Program-made: the position numbers and the translations under genes | Assembly (NCBI GenBank): GCA_965237905.1 | Contig: OZ250172.1 | Span: 2,016,001 to 2,080,000, forward strand | Direction of reading: 5' to 3' | Source of the DNA: Nitrospinaceae bacterium | Lineage (GTDB): Bacteria > Nitrospinota > Nitrospinia > Nitrospinales > Nitrospinaceae | Length of the DNA: 64,000 bases | Notes under the pieces: generated by a model | Told to the model about the DNA's origin: nothing | Seen by the model: only the letters and a program-made list of their open reading frames with translations | Databases searched by the model: none | Shown: positions 9,322 to 20,049 of the stretch, piece after piece | How the letters are laid out: each line of letters begins with the position of its first letter | Numbering within the stretch: position 1 is the first letter of the stretch

Positions 9322-10413
9322 TTATTTAACCCTGTTGCGTATACAAAGCTTTCCTTCACACGGGACTAGTAATCCGATCTTGTTGTTGTATTGGCCTTGG
9401 AAGTAGTTTCCCATCTCCGTAAACCAGATATTGCCTTCCTTATCCAAGGTGATTTGTGTGGGGTGACTGTCGGGAGTAGGCAGTTTATAGTATCTCAAGC
9501 CTTTACGGGTCCCTGGCCTGGCTTTGGACAAGTCGAGCCGGCCGATGGCATCCGGATTAGCGGCGGTGAACCAGACGTACCCCCGCTTCTCATCGACATA
9601 GACATCGTGCGGATTGCGCCCCTTGCCCAGAAAATACTCCACAATTTTCGGTTTTTTCCGGTTCAAATCCAGTTTCGCCAGTTTGCTGGCAAACATTTCA
9701 GTCAACCAAATTGTGCTGCTCCGGGATACGGTCATACCATGCGGAACGGATTTTTCTGGAGGGATTATAATTTCCTCTACCTCTCCGGTTAAGAGGTCCA
9801 GCGAACCCAGCTTATTAAAGAAAGTATTGACCCAGAACATGCCCCCCTGTGTGTACCATAGCTTGTTCCCCACCAGGACTAGGGCGTGTGGGTTACCGGG
9901 TCCGATAGGGAATTCAGTGATCTTGCCGGTCTTGGGATCCAATTCACCTACCTTATTGGTCTGAAACTCCAGGAACCAGATCGAGCCGTCCGGAGCCTCT
10001 ACTATTTGATGAGGCTCGCTGTGGGGAGATGGGATGTCATATTCCTTAATGGCTCCGGTTTTGGGGTCCAGACTTCCGATGCGGTTTGCTCCTTCTGTGA
10101 ACCAGATCATGCCATTTTTAGCAATGGTGAGGTAATGGGGTTTGCTATTAGGGTTGGGCAGTTCGTATTCGGTAATTCCCTGGGAGGTTAAAGACTGCGC
10201 TTTGGAAGGATCCAGCTTGCCGATCCGGTTGGCATTCAGTTCTGTAAACCATAGGTTGCCTTCAGCGTCAAAGGCCAGATCCGCAGGACTGCTGTCTGGT
10301 GTCGGGGTGTGGTATTCCAAAACAATATCCCCAAACGCATAGGACGAAACGGCCAGAAAACATCCGCCCACCAACAAAACAAAATGCAATTTTCCGAGCC
10401 ATTGCTTTACCAC
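9322..10413 (-). CDS. Exported Vgb (virginiamycin B lyase)-like beta-propeller protein
   Basis: Signal peptide; ~42-aa repeats SxPxxLxxDxxGxIWFTExxxNxIGxLDP; GTG start. Confidence 0.8.
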   Translation of the reverse strand: MVKQWLGKLHFVLLVGGCFLAVSSYAFGDIVLEYHTPTPDSSPADLAFDAEGNLWFTELNANRIGKLDPSKAQSLTSQGITEYELPNPNSKPHYLTIAKNGMIWFTEGANRIGSLDPKTGAIKEYDIPSPHSEPHQIVEAPDGSIWFLEFQTNKVGELDPKTGKITEFPIGPGNPHALVLVGNKLWYTQGGMFWVNTFFNKLGSLDLLTGEVEEIIIPPEKSVPHGMTVSRSSTIWLTEMFASKLAKLDLNRKKPKIVEYFLGKGRNPHDVYVDEKRGYVWFTAANPDAIGRLDLSKARPGTRKGLRYYKLPTPDSHPTQITLDKEGNIWFTEMGNYFQGQYNNKIGLLVPCEGKLCIRNRVK

Positions 10414-10574
10414 GGCACTTTAACCTTTAGTTATCAATGATTTCCTAAGTACTTAGTATAATATACCATTAACCCAAAGTGGGTATAAATAAAGGCTCGT
10501 TTTTTATTCTTATTTGCGGTAAATGGCCTTACTCTAAGTGGAAACAACATTTTACAAATAATTGTTGGAACACC

Positions 10575-11507
10575 ATGTCCCTTATTGAGGTCAAAGACCT
10601 AACATTCGAATATCCAGGGAAAAAGGCTTTGGACAAGGTTTCCTTTTCCATAGAATCCGGCTCCGTGACTGCTCTGGTAGGCCCCAATGGAGCGGGTAAA
10701 ACCACCCTGATGAACTGTCTGGCCGCGCTGGCCCGGCCGGTTTCCGGACATATTCGTCTGGATGAGGTTTCCGTACTGGATAACCCCAGGGAGTGCCACC
10801 GCTTGATCGGGTATTTACCTGATTTCTATGGCCTTTATGATGACCTGACAGTCCGGCAATGCCTGGAGTATATGGCATTGGCGCAAGACATTGCGCCTGA
10901 AACGATAGATAAAACCATTCAGCTGACTGTGCAAAGAGTGCATCTTTTAGACCGGCTGAAAAGCAAGGTGGGAGACCTGTCGCGCGGTTTACGGCAGAGG
11001 TTGGCGATCGGCCAGGCGATTATTCACGATCCGAAAATCATCCTGCTGGATGAACCGGCGTCGGGACTGGACCCGAAAGCCCGCCAGCAGTTGTCCGAAC
11101 TGCTTCTCGAACTGCGTGATGAGGGTAAAACACTGATGGTGTCTTCTCACATTTTGACGGAACTGGAGGACTACTCCACTCACATGATGGTGATTCATGA
11201 CGGCAAACTGGAAGACAATACGGCGATCCGCGACCAGAAAACCCAAAACCTCAGAACCCTGCTCCTCACCCTTTCCCGGCCTGCTGAAGGTTTGGCGGAA
11301 GCTTTGAGCCAGATGGAGCGCGTCAGCCAGATTCAGGCCAATGGGACCTCAATTGAATTTATGTTTGAGGGAACGGATGAAGACCAGCATCAATTGCTCA
11401 AACAACTCTTAAGCAATAACTGGCCGGTGTGTGCTTTTGCCATCAGAGAAAAAAACCTGCAGGAAACCTATCTCGAAAAGTTTGGAGCCCATCCCCATGC
11501 GCCGTAA
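10575..11507 (+). CDS. ABC transporter ATP-binding protein
   Basis: Walker A GPNGAGKTT, signature LSRGLRQR, Walker B LLDEP; start at MSLIEVKDL. Confidence 0.92.
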   Translation: MSLIEVKDLTFEYPGKKALDKVSFSIESGSVTALVGPNGAGKTTLMNCLAALARPVSGHIRLDEVSVLDNPRECHRLIGYLPDFYGLYDDLTVRQCLEYMALAQDIAPETIDKTIQLTVQRVHLLDRLKSKVGDLSRGLRQRLAIGQAIIHDPKIILLDEPASGLDPKARQQLSELLLELRDEGKTLMVSSHILTELEDYSTHMMVIHDGKLEDNTAIRDQKTQNLRTLLLTLSRPAEGLAEALSQMERVSQIQANGTSIEFMFEGTDEDQHQLLKQLLSNNWPVCAFAIREKNLQETYLEKFGAHPHAP

Positions 11508-12942
11508 TCCTGAATTCCAAAGAAATCTCTGGCTGGAGATCACGCCCCATCGGCTTGTCGTGACACCTCTCATTTTGGGTGCGATTTACTACCTGATTTT
11601 GTTTTCGGACGACCATAACGAATTAGCCCTGCTGATGACTTCCTTGTGGGTATTCGTCCTGTTGACCGGGTTATGGGGAGCTTACCAGGCAGAGAACTCG
11701 GTGGTGACTGAAATTCAAAACAAAACCTGGCCGCTACAACGCCTGACTTCCATCAATCCCTGGGCCATGACCTGGGGGAAACTATTCGGCAGTACCCTGT
11801 TTTCCTGGTATGCCGGGTTGTGGAGTCTGCTGGTATTTGTTTTGACGTGGCTTCTGACACCGGAAATTTTTCTGTTTTCCACTCCGGGTAAAAAGTGGGT
11901 CCTGTTGTCTCACGGAATAGGGCCTGCAATCCTGTTCACAGCCGGACTCACATTATGGTTTCAGGCCTGGGGTTTTCTGATGGGGATGTATCATTTGCAA
12001 AATAAGACATCCAAGAGCAAACGAAAATCCGGTCTCGCCTCCATCATAAGTATTATTTTTCTGCCCGGCATAATTAGTTCATCCTTTCATCCGGTAGGCG
12101 TGCCTTATGGTTTGCATTGGTATCAATGGGAGTTCAATCAGTTCTGGTTCGGGCTGGCGTCGATATATATATTTTTGGGATGGCTGATGACCGGAATTTA
12201 TATGCAGATGCGGCGGGAACTTCAGGTATCCAACCCACCCTGGGTTTGGGCGGCATTTATGGTATTCCTGGTGGGTTATGCCATGGGATTTTTTCAAGGT
12301 AAGGGAAGTGCCATCTCCAGTGAGGTAGATCTCTGGGTGTTTCGGTTGTTTTCCGGATGGGTTTTGATGACCAGCCTGACCTATTTGATTTTATGGTGGG
12401 AGCGGGCCGACGGGGTGGATGTACGCCGTTTGTTCCATTTGTGGAATATCAATCGCATTCGTGACGCATTACATGAAATTCCCCGCTGGCTGGTGGGCTT
12501 GATTTTGACATGGGCCATCGCGGTCGGGCTGATCATGGTTCAGGCGATGTACGGGGAGGAACTCCCGTCCGGTCTCATGATGATGCAGGTTTTGACTGGG
12601 TCGAGGCTCCGTCCCGAAGGTGGAGATGTTTTTAATCTTTATGGATTTGTGATTGCCGCGATGTTCTTTTTGATGCGGGATATCGCTCTTCTCCTGTATT
12701 TCTATTTTTCCGAAAAACCGCAACGTGCACTGGCGACCGCCTTTGTTTACTGGATTGTCCTCTACCTGCTGATTCCCCTGTTGCTGGGTGTGATCTGGAT
12801 GGATGCGCTGAATTCCGTGTTTCTACCCAATGGAACAGTGCATTTTGCCTACGCGGTATTGCCCCCGTTGCTCCAGGCAGGATTGATGTGGCACTATACC
12901 ATCCGCCGCTGGCGCACCCGCTTCGGCTCCCCGGTTGTTTGA
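11497..12942 (+). CDS. Polytopic membrane protein, probable ABC exporter permease
   Basis: About 12 hydrophobic segments; NPEFQRNLW start and E...KTW.LQRLT...GKLFG pattern; overlaps the ATPase gene. Confidence 0.75.
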   Translation: MRRNPEFQRNLWLEITPHRLVVTPLILGAIYYLILFSDDHNELALLMTSLWVFVLLTGLWGAYQAENSVVTEIQNKTWPLQRLTSINPWAMTWGKLFGSTLFSWYAGLWSLLVFVLTWLLTPEIFLFSTPGKKWVLLSHGIGPAILFTAGLTLWFQAWGFLMGMYHLQNKTSKSKRKSGLASIISIIFLPGIISSSFHPVGVPYGLHWYQWEFNQFWFGLASIYIFLGWLMTGIYMQMRRELQVSNPPWVWAAFMVFLVGYAMGFFQGKGSAISSEVDLWVFRLFSGWVLMTSLTYLILWWERADGVDVRRLFHLWNINRIRDALHEIPRWLVGLILTWAIAVGLIMVQAMYGEELPSGLMMMQVLTGSRLRPEGGDVFNLYGFVIAAMFFLMRDIALLLYFYFSEKPQRALATAFVYWIVLYLLIPLLLGVIWMDALNSVFLPNGTVHFAYAVLPPLLQAGLMWHYTIRRWRTRFGSPVV

Positions 12943-13070
12943 TCCATCAAGTTGTTTCTTCCATTAGACTTTAATCCCCATTGATACGAGTTTGTCCTTG
13001 TGTCCTCTGTTGGATTCCAATAGAATTTTAGGGTTTTCATTAAATAAATCCTAACCCCTGAAAATCATCC

Positions 13071-14594
13071 ATGATCAAAACTTCCGTTAAAGCCGACGAC
13101 GTTCTTAAACATAAAACCGATTGCCTGATTCTGTTCAGCCCGGAAATAAAACCGGCGGGACTTCTGAAACAGATCGACAGCCTGCTGAATGGCGCGCTGA
13201 CGGCCGCATTCAAGTCGAAACGCTTCGAGGGCAAACTCAACCAGACTTTCCAGCAAAGCGTGCGCGGGTTGATGGGCGCGGACTCCATTATTGTCGTAGG
13301 ACTGGGCAAATCGAAGGACGCCAAAGAAGAGCAAATCCGGCAGGCATCCGGCACCGGCGCCAAGGCGGCTGAAAAATCGCGCCACAACAAGATTGCGATT
13401 TTCCTGGATGAGAAAGATGCGGGTAAACCCGCAAAATCCAAAAAAAATCAAACAGGCAGTCCCGTGTCCGCGGCATTGGTGGAGGGAGCCCAACTCGGGC
13501 TGTACCATTTCGATCAGTACAAGAGCCAGGATAAGGACGATCCGCCGTCCCGCATCCAGGAGATCACAGTTCTTGCCTCTTCCAAATCCAAAGTGAAGGA
13601 TTGCCAAAAGGGCGTCGATCAGGCGGAGAAGTTGTGCGAGGCGGTGCTCGCCACGCGCGATCTCATGCACCATCCCAGCAACACCGCCACACCTACGTTT
13701 CTTGCGAAAGCCGCGCAAACGATGGCGCGCAAGCACAAGATCACCTGTAAGATCCTTGAGAAAAAGGACATGGAAAAACTGAAGATGGGGTCTTTGCTGG
13801 GGGTGGCCCGGGGCAGTCATGAACCGCCCAAGTTCATTGTCATGGAATACAAAGGCGGTAAAGCGAAGGACAAACCGGTGGTGATTGTCGGCAAGGGCGT
13901 CACATTTGATACCGGAGGGATCTCGCTCAAACCCGGCGGCGGCATGGACGAGATGAAGTTCGACATGTCCGGCGGTGCGGTCACTATCGGTACCCTGCAG
14001 GCGGCGGCCAGCCTGAAACTCAAGGTCAACGTCGTGGGACTTGTCCCTGCAACGGAAAACATGCCGGGTGGCTCGGCCATCAAACCGGGGGATATTCTCA
14101 CCGCGTCCAACGGAAAGACCATCGAAGTGTTGAACACCGACGCGGAAGGGCGGTTGATCCTTGCCGACGCACTGGTGTACGCGCAACGGTACAAACCGAG
14201 AGCGTTGATCGATCTGGCCACCTTGACCGGCGCGGTGATCATGGCGCTGGGACATCAAGCCGCGGCGGCCGTGGGCACGGATCCGAAACTGATTCAAACA
14301 TTGATTGCAAGTGGAGACGCCACCGGCGAACGTTTGTGGGAACTGCCTTTGTACGAAGAATTCGAAAAGGCCACGAAGAGCGACATTGCCGATCTCAAAA
14401 ACATTACTTCCAAAGGTGTTGGCGCGGGCACGATCACCGGCGCGGCGTTTTTGAAACCGTTCACCGGTGACTTCCCCTGGGTACATCTTGATATCGCGGG
14501 GACCGCCTGGACTTCCAATGAAAAGCCGTACGTTCCAAAGGGCGGATCCGCCTACGGTGTGCGCCTGCTCATCGATTACCTGAAAAACCTCTGA
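13071..14594 (+). CDS. pepA: Leucyl aminopeptidase (peptidase M17)
   Basis: VGKGVTFDTGGISLKP, MKFDMSG, NTDAEGRLILAD, DLATLTGA, HLDIAGTA. Confidence 0.97.
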   Translation: MIKTSVKADDVLKHKTDCLILFSPEIKPAGLLKQIDSLLNGALTAAFKSKRFEGKLNQTFQQSVRGLMGADSIIVVGLGKSKDAKEEQIRQASGTGAKAAEKSRHNKIAIFLDEKDAGKPAKSKKNQTGSPVSAALVEGAQLGLYHFDQYKSQDKDDPPSRIQEITVLASSKSKVKDCQKGVDQAEKLCEAVLATRDLMHHPSNTATPTFLAKAAQTMARKHKITCKILEKKDMEKLKMGSLLGVARGSHEPPKFIVMEYKGGKAKDKPVVIVGKGVTFDTGGISLKPGGGMDEMKFDMSGGAVTIGTLQAAASLKLKVNVVGLVPATENMPGGSAIKPGDILTASNGKTIEVLNTDAEGRLILADALVYAQRYKPRALIDLATLTGAVIMALGHQAAAAVGTDPKLIQTLIASGDATGERLWELPLYEEFEKATKSDIADLKNITSKGVGAGTITGAAFLKPFTGDFPWVHLDIAGTAWTSNEKPYVPKGGSAYGVRLLIDYLKNL

Positions 14595-14597
14595 TCC

Positions 14598-15080
14598 ATG
14601 ACCGATACGATCATCATGTTCGTCCACCTGATGGCCGCGGCGGTGGCGGCGGGAAGCAGTGTTTTCGGCCTGGTCCTGTTGTGGCCCCGCATCTTCAGCT
14701 CAAAGAAGGACGAAACGCTGGATGAGAATTCCGTTCCTTATAAAATAATTGATCTGTTGGCACCAACCGTTTTTACCTGCCTGTTGTTGTTGATCGGGTC
14801 CGGCGTCTATTACATGATGGAAAATTACACCGAGCAGGTCAATTTGAAGGAAGGGTATTATAATATCCTTGGCATCAAACTGATCTTTGTGGTGGTGGCA
14901 TTTTTGTTGAGCCTGTACCAAACCTTCGGCCTGCGTTCCAAAATTGCGCACTTGGACCTGCGGCCGGAAAACCGTGAATGGGTCCGCCCCACGCTGGAGA
15001 AAATGAAATATCTGGGCGGCATCACATTGGGCACCATTGTTTTCGCTATTTTCATGGGCATCTACCTGGCCCGGTATTAA
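14598..15080 (+). CDS. Four-helix membrane protein (CopD/DUF4149-like)
   Basis: HLMAAAV in the first helix, IKLIFV in the third; starts 3 nt after pepA. Confidence 0.7.
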   Translation: MTDTIIMFVHLMAAAVAAGSSVFGLVLLWPRIFSSKKDETLDENSVPYKIIDLLAPTVFTCLLLLIGSGVYYMMENYTEQVNLKEGYYNILGIKLIFVVVAFLLSLYQTFGLRSKIAHLDLRPENREWVRPTLEKMKYLGGITLGTIVFAIFMGIYLARY

Positions 15081-15192
15081 TTTAGCAGGAGCGGAATAGC
15101 ACGATCCGTTCGTTGACTTCGCCGGGAAAGTGGCTTGTGCTGATATTCGATTTTAAGTAGTATGGTCTGAAATTGTTAACCGGAGTATTGCG

Positions 15193-15471
15193 ATGACAGA
15201 ACAAGAATCGACCCCACCCCAACCTGCACCTGAAGAATCCCTGAAGGCGGAAATCCCCGCACCCGAAGGCTTGGACGCGGACCCCTCAACCGAAGCGGAG
15301 GAAGAGATCGATCTGAATCATTTGTTTCCGGGAGAGGAGACCGATCTCAATGAATTGTTTCCGGAGCAGGAGATGCGGTCTCTTTTGAAGAAAGTCCAAA
15401 GGAATAAAAAAGACCTGGGTAAAATGAAGGACCGTTTTTCGGATACGTTTAGCGAGTCGGATTCGGATTGA
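15193..15471 (+). CDS. Small acidic hypothetical protein
   Basis: GGAG RBS; acidic Pro-rich N-terminus with an 11-aa tandem repeat. Confidence 0.7.
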   Translation: MTEQESTPPQPAPEESLKAEIPAPEGLDADPSTEAEEEIDLNHLFPGEETDLNELFPEQEMRSLLKKVQRNKKDLGKMKDRFSDTFSESDSD

Positions 15472-15484
15472 TTGCCTGCCCCAC

Positions 15485-15964
15485 TCATTTGCACCGGACA
15501 AAAAATTCCCGTTCTTCCAGAAAGTTGTTATCCAGAAAAACCCGCACCTTCCACTTACCGTAAAACTTTGCCACCTCGGCGTTGAGATGAGTGGACGCCG
15601 CCTGGGTTTCCACATTTAAAAACTCCAGAGCCAGCCAGCCGTTGGTTTCCTTGTGTTGCCCCACAAAGTCCAGATGACCTTGATCTTGTAAAGTTCCTTC
15701 AGGATTGAACCAACGCGCAGTGATGCGGTGTTCGCCGTATACCTTGAACCATGTGGTCATCAGATAGACCCGTTCCCGGCAATCAAATTCGCTGGCTGTT
15801 TGCGGGTCGGCCAGGTTTTTTACCAGCTTCAAGGTATAGGAAGGCACGTTCACCTCGGCAACACTCCCAGCCACAGGGAGCCCCGCCAGAAGCAACAGGA
15901 TGGATAGGATTCGCAGAGTCACAACGTTATTGATGAATGGACGCAGGGGATTAATTGATGGCAT
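15485..15964 (-). CDS. Exported hypothetical protein with a beta-sandwich-like domain
   Basis: Hydrophobic N-terminal segment; W.NPEG and GKWKVRVFLD...EREFFV Ig-like pattern; start uncertain. Confidence 0.7.
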   Translation of the reverse strand: MPSINPLRPFINNVVTLRILSILLLLAGLPVAGSVAEVNVPSYTLKLVKNLADPQTASEFDCRERVYLMTTWFKVYGEHRITARWFNPEGTLQDQGHLDFVGQHKETNGWLALEFLNVETQAASTHLNAEVAKFYGKWKVRVFLDNNFLEEREFFVRCK

Positions 15965-16682
15965 AGTCTTCTGGAGCAGGAGATCCACGCAGGGTGTGAC
16001 CGTGTCGGGTATTCGGTACGTTGTTCAAGCGGTTGAGAACACTCGTCATATGGTGCACTCCCAGACTATAATGTAAAGTCGCAAACGTGTTCCGCGCATG
16101 CGTAAAGGAATCGATCGCCATGGGAATTCGATTCGCCTTCCAGTACATGTGTCCCATGCTCTCATGGACGCTTCCCAAAACCCGGTTGGGTTCGCCGTCT
16201 TTCAACAAGTCCAGGGACTGGGAATACCTTTTTTCGGCTTCCTCGAAGTGTTCCAGCTTCGTATGAAGATCAGCCAGTTCCTTGATGGAGTCGGCCTGTT
16301 CCAGCCGGTTTGCAATCTGGGCATGATACCGGGCGGCAAGCAGATAATGCTTTTCCGCTTTTTCCGGTTCCCGGGCCCAGACATATAAGTCAGCCAACGC
16401 ATTATAAGTGGTGGCGACGCGATGAATATCCTTGCGCTCTTCGTAAATGGCGAGCGCCTTGTGATAATTTTCCGCCGCCTGGGAGAATTCCCGGTAGAAA
16501 TAATTTTCCGATGCTTTTTGGATGTAGGAGGCGGCGATGTCTTTCGGTTCGGGATAAGGGTTGATGGTGTTTTCCGTTAGCATCGGCAGACGTTTTTCGC
16601 TGATGATTAGAAACGGTAAGACTACCAGCAGGGCGAATCCCGCCAACAGCATCAACCCTTTTTTGTTCCAGAATTTTTTCAT
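15951..16682 (-). CDS. Membrane-anchored tetratricopeptide repeat protein
   Basis: N-terminal TM helix, then TPR-like repeats (AAENYHKALAIYE, AEKRYSQSLDL). Confidence 0.8.
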   Translation of the reverse strand: MKKFWNKKGLMLLAGFALLVVLPFLIISEKRLPMLTENTINPYPEPKDIAASYIQKASENYFYREFSQAAENYHKALAIYEERKDIHRVATTYNALADLYVWAREPEKAEKHYLLAARYHAQIANRLEQADSIKELADLHTKLEHFEEAEKRYSQSLDLLKDGEPNRVLGSVHESMGHMYWKANRIPMAIDSFTHARNTFATLHYSLGVHHMTSVLNRLNNVPNTRHGHTLRGSPAPEDYAIN

Positions 16683-16795
16683 GAGACCGAAGTGGACTAT
16701 TTGAAAAATAGAGAACCGCCGCATCCACAGTTACTGCTTAATTATACTCCAGTCCGATTCAGAGGGATCAATTAATCATTCGGATTCCAGGTATG

Positions 16796-17791
16796 TCAGG
16801 AACGATTGACCCGTAATCCTCTCGCTACAAACTTGAAATCCAATACGTTGCCGCCGTGGTCCTGCAGGGCGTGGGCAACTTCTTCCTGTTTCCGGGGAGG
16901 GATGAAAAATGCGACACACCCGCCACCGCCCGCCCCACATACTTTCGCGGCCAGGGCGCCTTTCTTTTTTGCGGCGAGGATCATGCGGTCCATGGATGCG
17001 GTGCTGATGCCCAGTGCCAGCGCTTTGCGGGCTTTCCATTCCTCGTTGAACCAGTGCTCGAATCGGGTCAACTTGCCTTGCGCTAACTGTTTTTCCATTC
17101 GGCGTGCCACCTCGGCGATGCGGGACAGGTTTTTATGCGCTTTCGGGTTGCCGTCGATAACTTTCTTGTACACCGACCAGTTGTTGATGCCGGAGTGGTG
17201 CGGCTGGCCCGTGTAGCACAGGACGAACCGTTGGTTGAGGTCTTTGAGGTCGATCGGCAGATGCCGCCGTTCGGTTTTCACCATTCCCGGTTGGATGGAC
17301 TGCACCCCGCCGTACATGGCTGAATAGTAATCCTGGGTTCCGGCGGGCACGTCGATGACCTGGGTTTCAATATTGCGGGCGATTTCGATCATCTGTTCGC
17401 GGTTGTAACGTCTCTTCGTGAAACGGTTGAGGGCACCGTTCAAGGCGATGTTCAGCGCCGAGGAACCGCCGATACCGGATCCCGCCGGGGCCTGACAGTC
17501 CGTGACCAGATGCAAGCCGGTTTTCGGTTGGTAAAACCGAATCAGCTTGATGAGTAATACCAGGGGGTGCCTCTCGGGCAGAGCGGCGAGGTTGCGGAAC
17601 TTTGCTTTGCGGCCCAGATCGCGGGATTCGACGACGATGGTTTTATCCCGCCGGGCGGTCAATTCCACCGTGGCGTATAAATCAATCGCCGCGTTCAGGG
17701 TCGGCGGGTTATCGAAAAAAAGATGGAGCGGCCATAGGTCCAGCGTACCGCCGGCCAGATCGATTCGCGTGGGAGCCGAGCTTCGGATCAT
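16796..17791 (-). CDS. GHMP family sugar kinase (HddA-like heptose-7-phosphate kinase)
   Basis: SAPTRIDLAGGTLD, PAGSGIGGSS, GTQDYY, KVCGAGGGG. Confidence 0.88.
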   Translation of the reverse strand: MIRSSAPTRIDLAGGTLDLWPLHLFFDNPPTLNAAIDLYATVELTARRDKTIVVESRDLGRKAKFRNLAALPERHPLVLLIKLIRFYQPKTGLHLVTDCQAPAGSGIGGSSALNIALNGALNRFTKRRYNREQMIEIARNIETQVIDVPAGTQDYYSAMYGGVQSIQPGMVKTERRHLPIDLKDLNQRFVLCYTGQPHHSGINNWSVYKKVIDGNPKAHKNLSRIAEVARRMEKQLAQGKLTRFEHWFNEEWKARKALALGISTASMDRMILAAKKKGALAAKVCGAGGGGCVAFFIPPRKQEEVAHALQDHGGNVLDFKFVARGLRVNRS

Positions 17792-17819
17792 GTTTTCTCA
17801 AAGGATGGGTGGGAACAGA

Positions 17820-18482
17820 TCAGATTTTATCTTTATTGTCTTCTTTATCGTCTTTTTTAACGTCATTGCCAGCTTCCAGTTTCTTTACTTTGGCGTTCAA
17901 TTTCTTCATCAACGCATCGAAGGAATCATTATGTATAACCTTGCCGAACTGGGACCTGTAATTCTTGATCAAACTTACCCCTTCTACAGTAATATCGTAC
18001 ACCCGCCACTCGCTCGGGCCTTCGATTAATTTGTAATCGACGTTGATCGAACCGTTTTTGCGCACCACCTCGGTTTTAACCATGGCGTATTTGCCTTTGA
18101 CGATTTCGTCGACGTAATTGATTTTTTCGTCCGAGTAGTTTTCAAGTTTGTTGGCGTAGGAATTTTCCAAAAGTTTGCCGAACACATCGACAAAAGCTTT
18201 TCGTTCCTCAGGAGTTATTTGCTTCCAGTGCTTTTTCCCCAGAGAGCGTTTGCCCATTTCCAGGAAGTTGAATTTGGGAAAGATGATGCCTTTCATTTTG
18301 GCGCGGCGGGTCATGCGGTCATTTTTGTATTGTGGATCGGACACCACATTGATCACCTGATCGATGGTGGCCTTAAGTCCTTCGGTAATTCCCGAGGCCT
18401 GAACCGTTTTTCCGGCTCCCAAAATCAACACCAGCGAAAATCCGATAATCCACCATCGGTTTCGAAAAGATATTTTTTTCAT
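17820..18482 (-). CDS. mlaC: MlaC/Ttg2D family phospholipid-binding periplasmic protein
   Basis: FNFLEMGKRSLGK.W, WRVYDITVEGVSLIKNYRSQF. Confidence 0.9.
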   Translation of the reverse strand: MKKISFRNRWWIIGFSLVLILGAGKTVQASGITEGLKATIDQVINVVSDPQYKNDRMTRRAKMKGIIFPKFNFLEMGKRSLGKKHWKQITPEERKAFVDVFGKLLENSYANKLENYSDEKINYVDEIVKGKYAMVKTEVVRKNGSINVDYKLIEGPSEWRVYDITVEGVSLIKNYRSQFGKVIHNDSFDALMKKLNAKVKKLEAGNDVKKDDKEDNKDKI

Positions 18483-18770
18483 GGTCGATCCTTCCATGAG
18501 TGACATTAACAAAATTTCAATATTGACGAACAGGAGCTAAACGAAGAAAGGCAGGGACAAGGCCCTCCCAGGCTCCCGTGTTTTAATATAATCCATTGTA
18601 AAGCAAGGGGTTAAAAATTTCAGAAAAATTTTCAGGTCCCACGGAGCGCTGCTGTCTCCTTCGACTGTGGGCTCACGAAATCAACCGGTTTGCGCTTGTG
18701 TCCCGCCCCGGTTTTATATACAGTCATCCTTTTTAACCGGCCGGATGAGACCCTCAACCCGGAGGATACC

Positions 18771-20033
18771 ATGAAAATTCTCATTATCGGTGGCGGCGGG
18801 CGCGAGCATGCCCTTGCCTGGAAAATTGCGCAAAGCCCGAAAGTGACCGCCCTGTTTTGCGCGCCGGGCAACCCTGGAACGGCATCGGTGGCCACCAACC
18901 TCGACATCCCGGCAGACGACATCGACAGCCTCTTGCAATTTGCGCTCGACCAGTCCATCGACCTGACGGTAGTCGGTCCGGAGCAACCGCTCGTGCTGGG
19001 TCTCGCCGACTGGTTCCAAGATAATGGCTTGAAAGTGTTCGGTCCCTCTGCCAAGGCGGCGCAACTGGAGGGAAGCAAGGCGTTTTCCAAAGACTTGATG
19101 CAGAAATATGGCATCCCGACCGCCCACTACGCGGCCTTTGATGATGCCGACGAAGCGCGCGCTTATCTTAAAGGCAAAGGTCCGCAAGTGGTGAAGGCCG
19201 ACGGGTTGGCGGCCGGCAAAGGCGTTTTTGTGTGTGCCAACGAAGCCGAAGCGGTGGATGCTATCGGTCAGATCATGAACGATAAAATATTCGGAGAGTC
19301 GGGCAACCGCATCATTATTGAGGAACGTCTGGAGGGGCAGGAAGTTTCGCTGCTGGCGTTCACCGACGGCACCACCGTGCTTCCGATGGAAGCCGCGCAG
19401 GATCATAAGGCCGCGTTCGACGGCGATACCGGACCTAACACCGGAGGCATGGGCGCTTATTCCCCCGCTCCGATTTTCACTCCCGAACTCAAACAACAGG
19501 TGATCGACCAGATCATGGTCCCGGCGGTCAACGGTATGCAGGCGGATGGCATTCCTTATCAGGGCGTTTTGTATGCGGGGTTGATGATCACCCCCAACGG
19601 TCCGAAGACGCTGGAATTCAATGCGCGGTTCGGCGACCCGGAAACGCAACCACTGATGATGCGGATGCAAAGTGACATCGTACCCATCATGGAAGCCTGT
19701 GCCGACGGTACCCTGGAAACGTGTTCGCTGGAATGGAAACCGGAGGCGGCGGTGTGCGTGGTGATGGCGTCGGAGGGTTATCCCGGTTCGTATGAAAAAG
19801 GCCGGCCGATCCGCGGTCTCGATCAGGCCGACTTGCTATCGGGGGTCATGGTGTTCCATGCCGGAACGAAACAGCAGGGAGAAGACATCGTTACCAGCGG
19901 CGGAAGGGTGCTGGGCGTCACCGCGTTGGGCGGCAATGTCCAACAGGCGATTGAAAAGGCTTACCAGGCGGTCGGCAAAATCCAGTGGCAGGGTGCCCAC
20001 TTTCGCAAAGACATCGGCCAAAAAGCCCTCTAG
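18771..20033 (+). CDS. purD: Phosphoribosylamine--glycine ligase
   Basis: [56 protein letters not shown]. Confidence 0.98.
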   Translation: MKILIIGGGGREHALAWKIAQSPKVTALFCAPGNPGTASVATNLDIPADDIDSLLQFALDQSIDLTVVGPEQPLVLGLADWFQDNGLKVFGPSAKAAQLEGSKAFSKDLMQKYGIPTAHYAAFDDADEARAYLKGKGPQVVKADGLAAGKGVFVCANEAEAVDAIGQIMNDKIFGESGNRIIIEERLEGQEVSLLAFTDGTTVLPMEAAQDHKAAFDGDTGPNTGGMGAYSPAPIFTPELKQQVIDQIMVPAVNGMQADGIPYQGVLYAGLMITPNGPKTLEFNARFGDPETQPLMMRMQSDIVPIMEACADGTLETCSLEWKPEAAVCVVMASEGYPGSYEKGRPIRGLDQADLLSGVMVFHAGTKQQGEDIVTSGGRVLGVTALGGNVQQAIEKAYQAVGKIQWQGAHFRKDIGQKAL

Positions 20034-20049
20034 CTCAAAGGAAATTATT

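Noticed and set aside
9322..10413. Streptogramin resistance gene (vgb)
   Set aside because: Fold-level resemblance only. Exported Vgb-like propellers are widespread, and resistance cannot be inferred from the sequence.
13065..14627. 520-aa antisense ORF covering pepA
   Set aside because: It mirrors a highly conserved gene almost end to end and has no recognisable motifs. Such shadow ORFs arise from codon bias in GC-rich genes.
18714..19670. 318-aa antisense ORF over purD, and the many similar ORFs opposite A2M, nuoF-like, oadA and mod genes
   Set aside because: Shadow frames of well-supported genes with no independent signals.
19792..20049. Long N-terminal extensions in ORF calls (peroxiredoxin-like, modC, csp, OppA, purD)
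   Set aside because: They overlap neighbouring genes or leaders. Downstream ATGs with RBS or family-typical starts were preferred.
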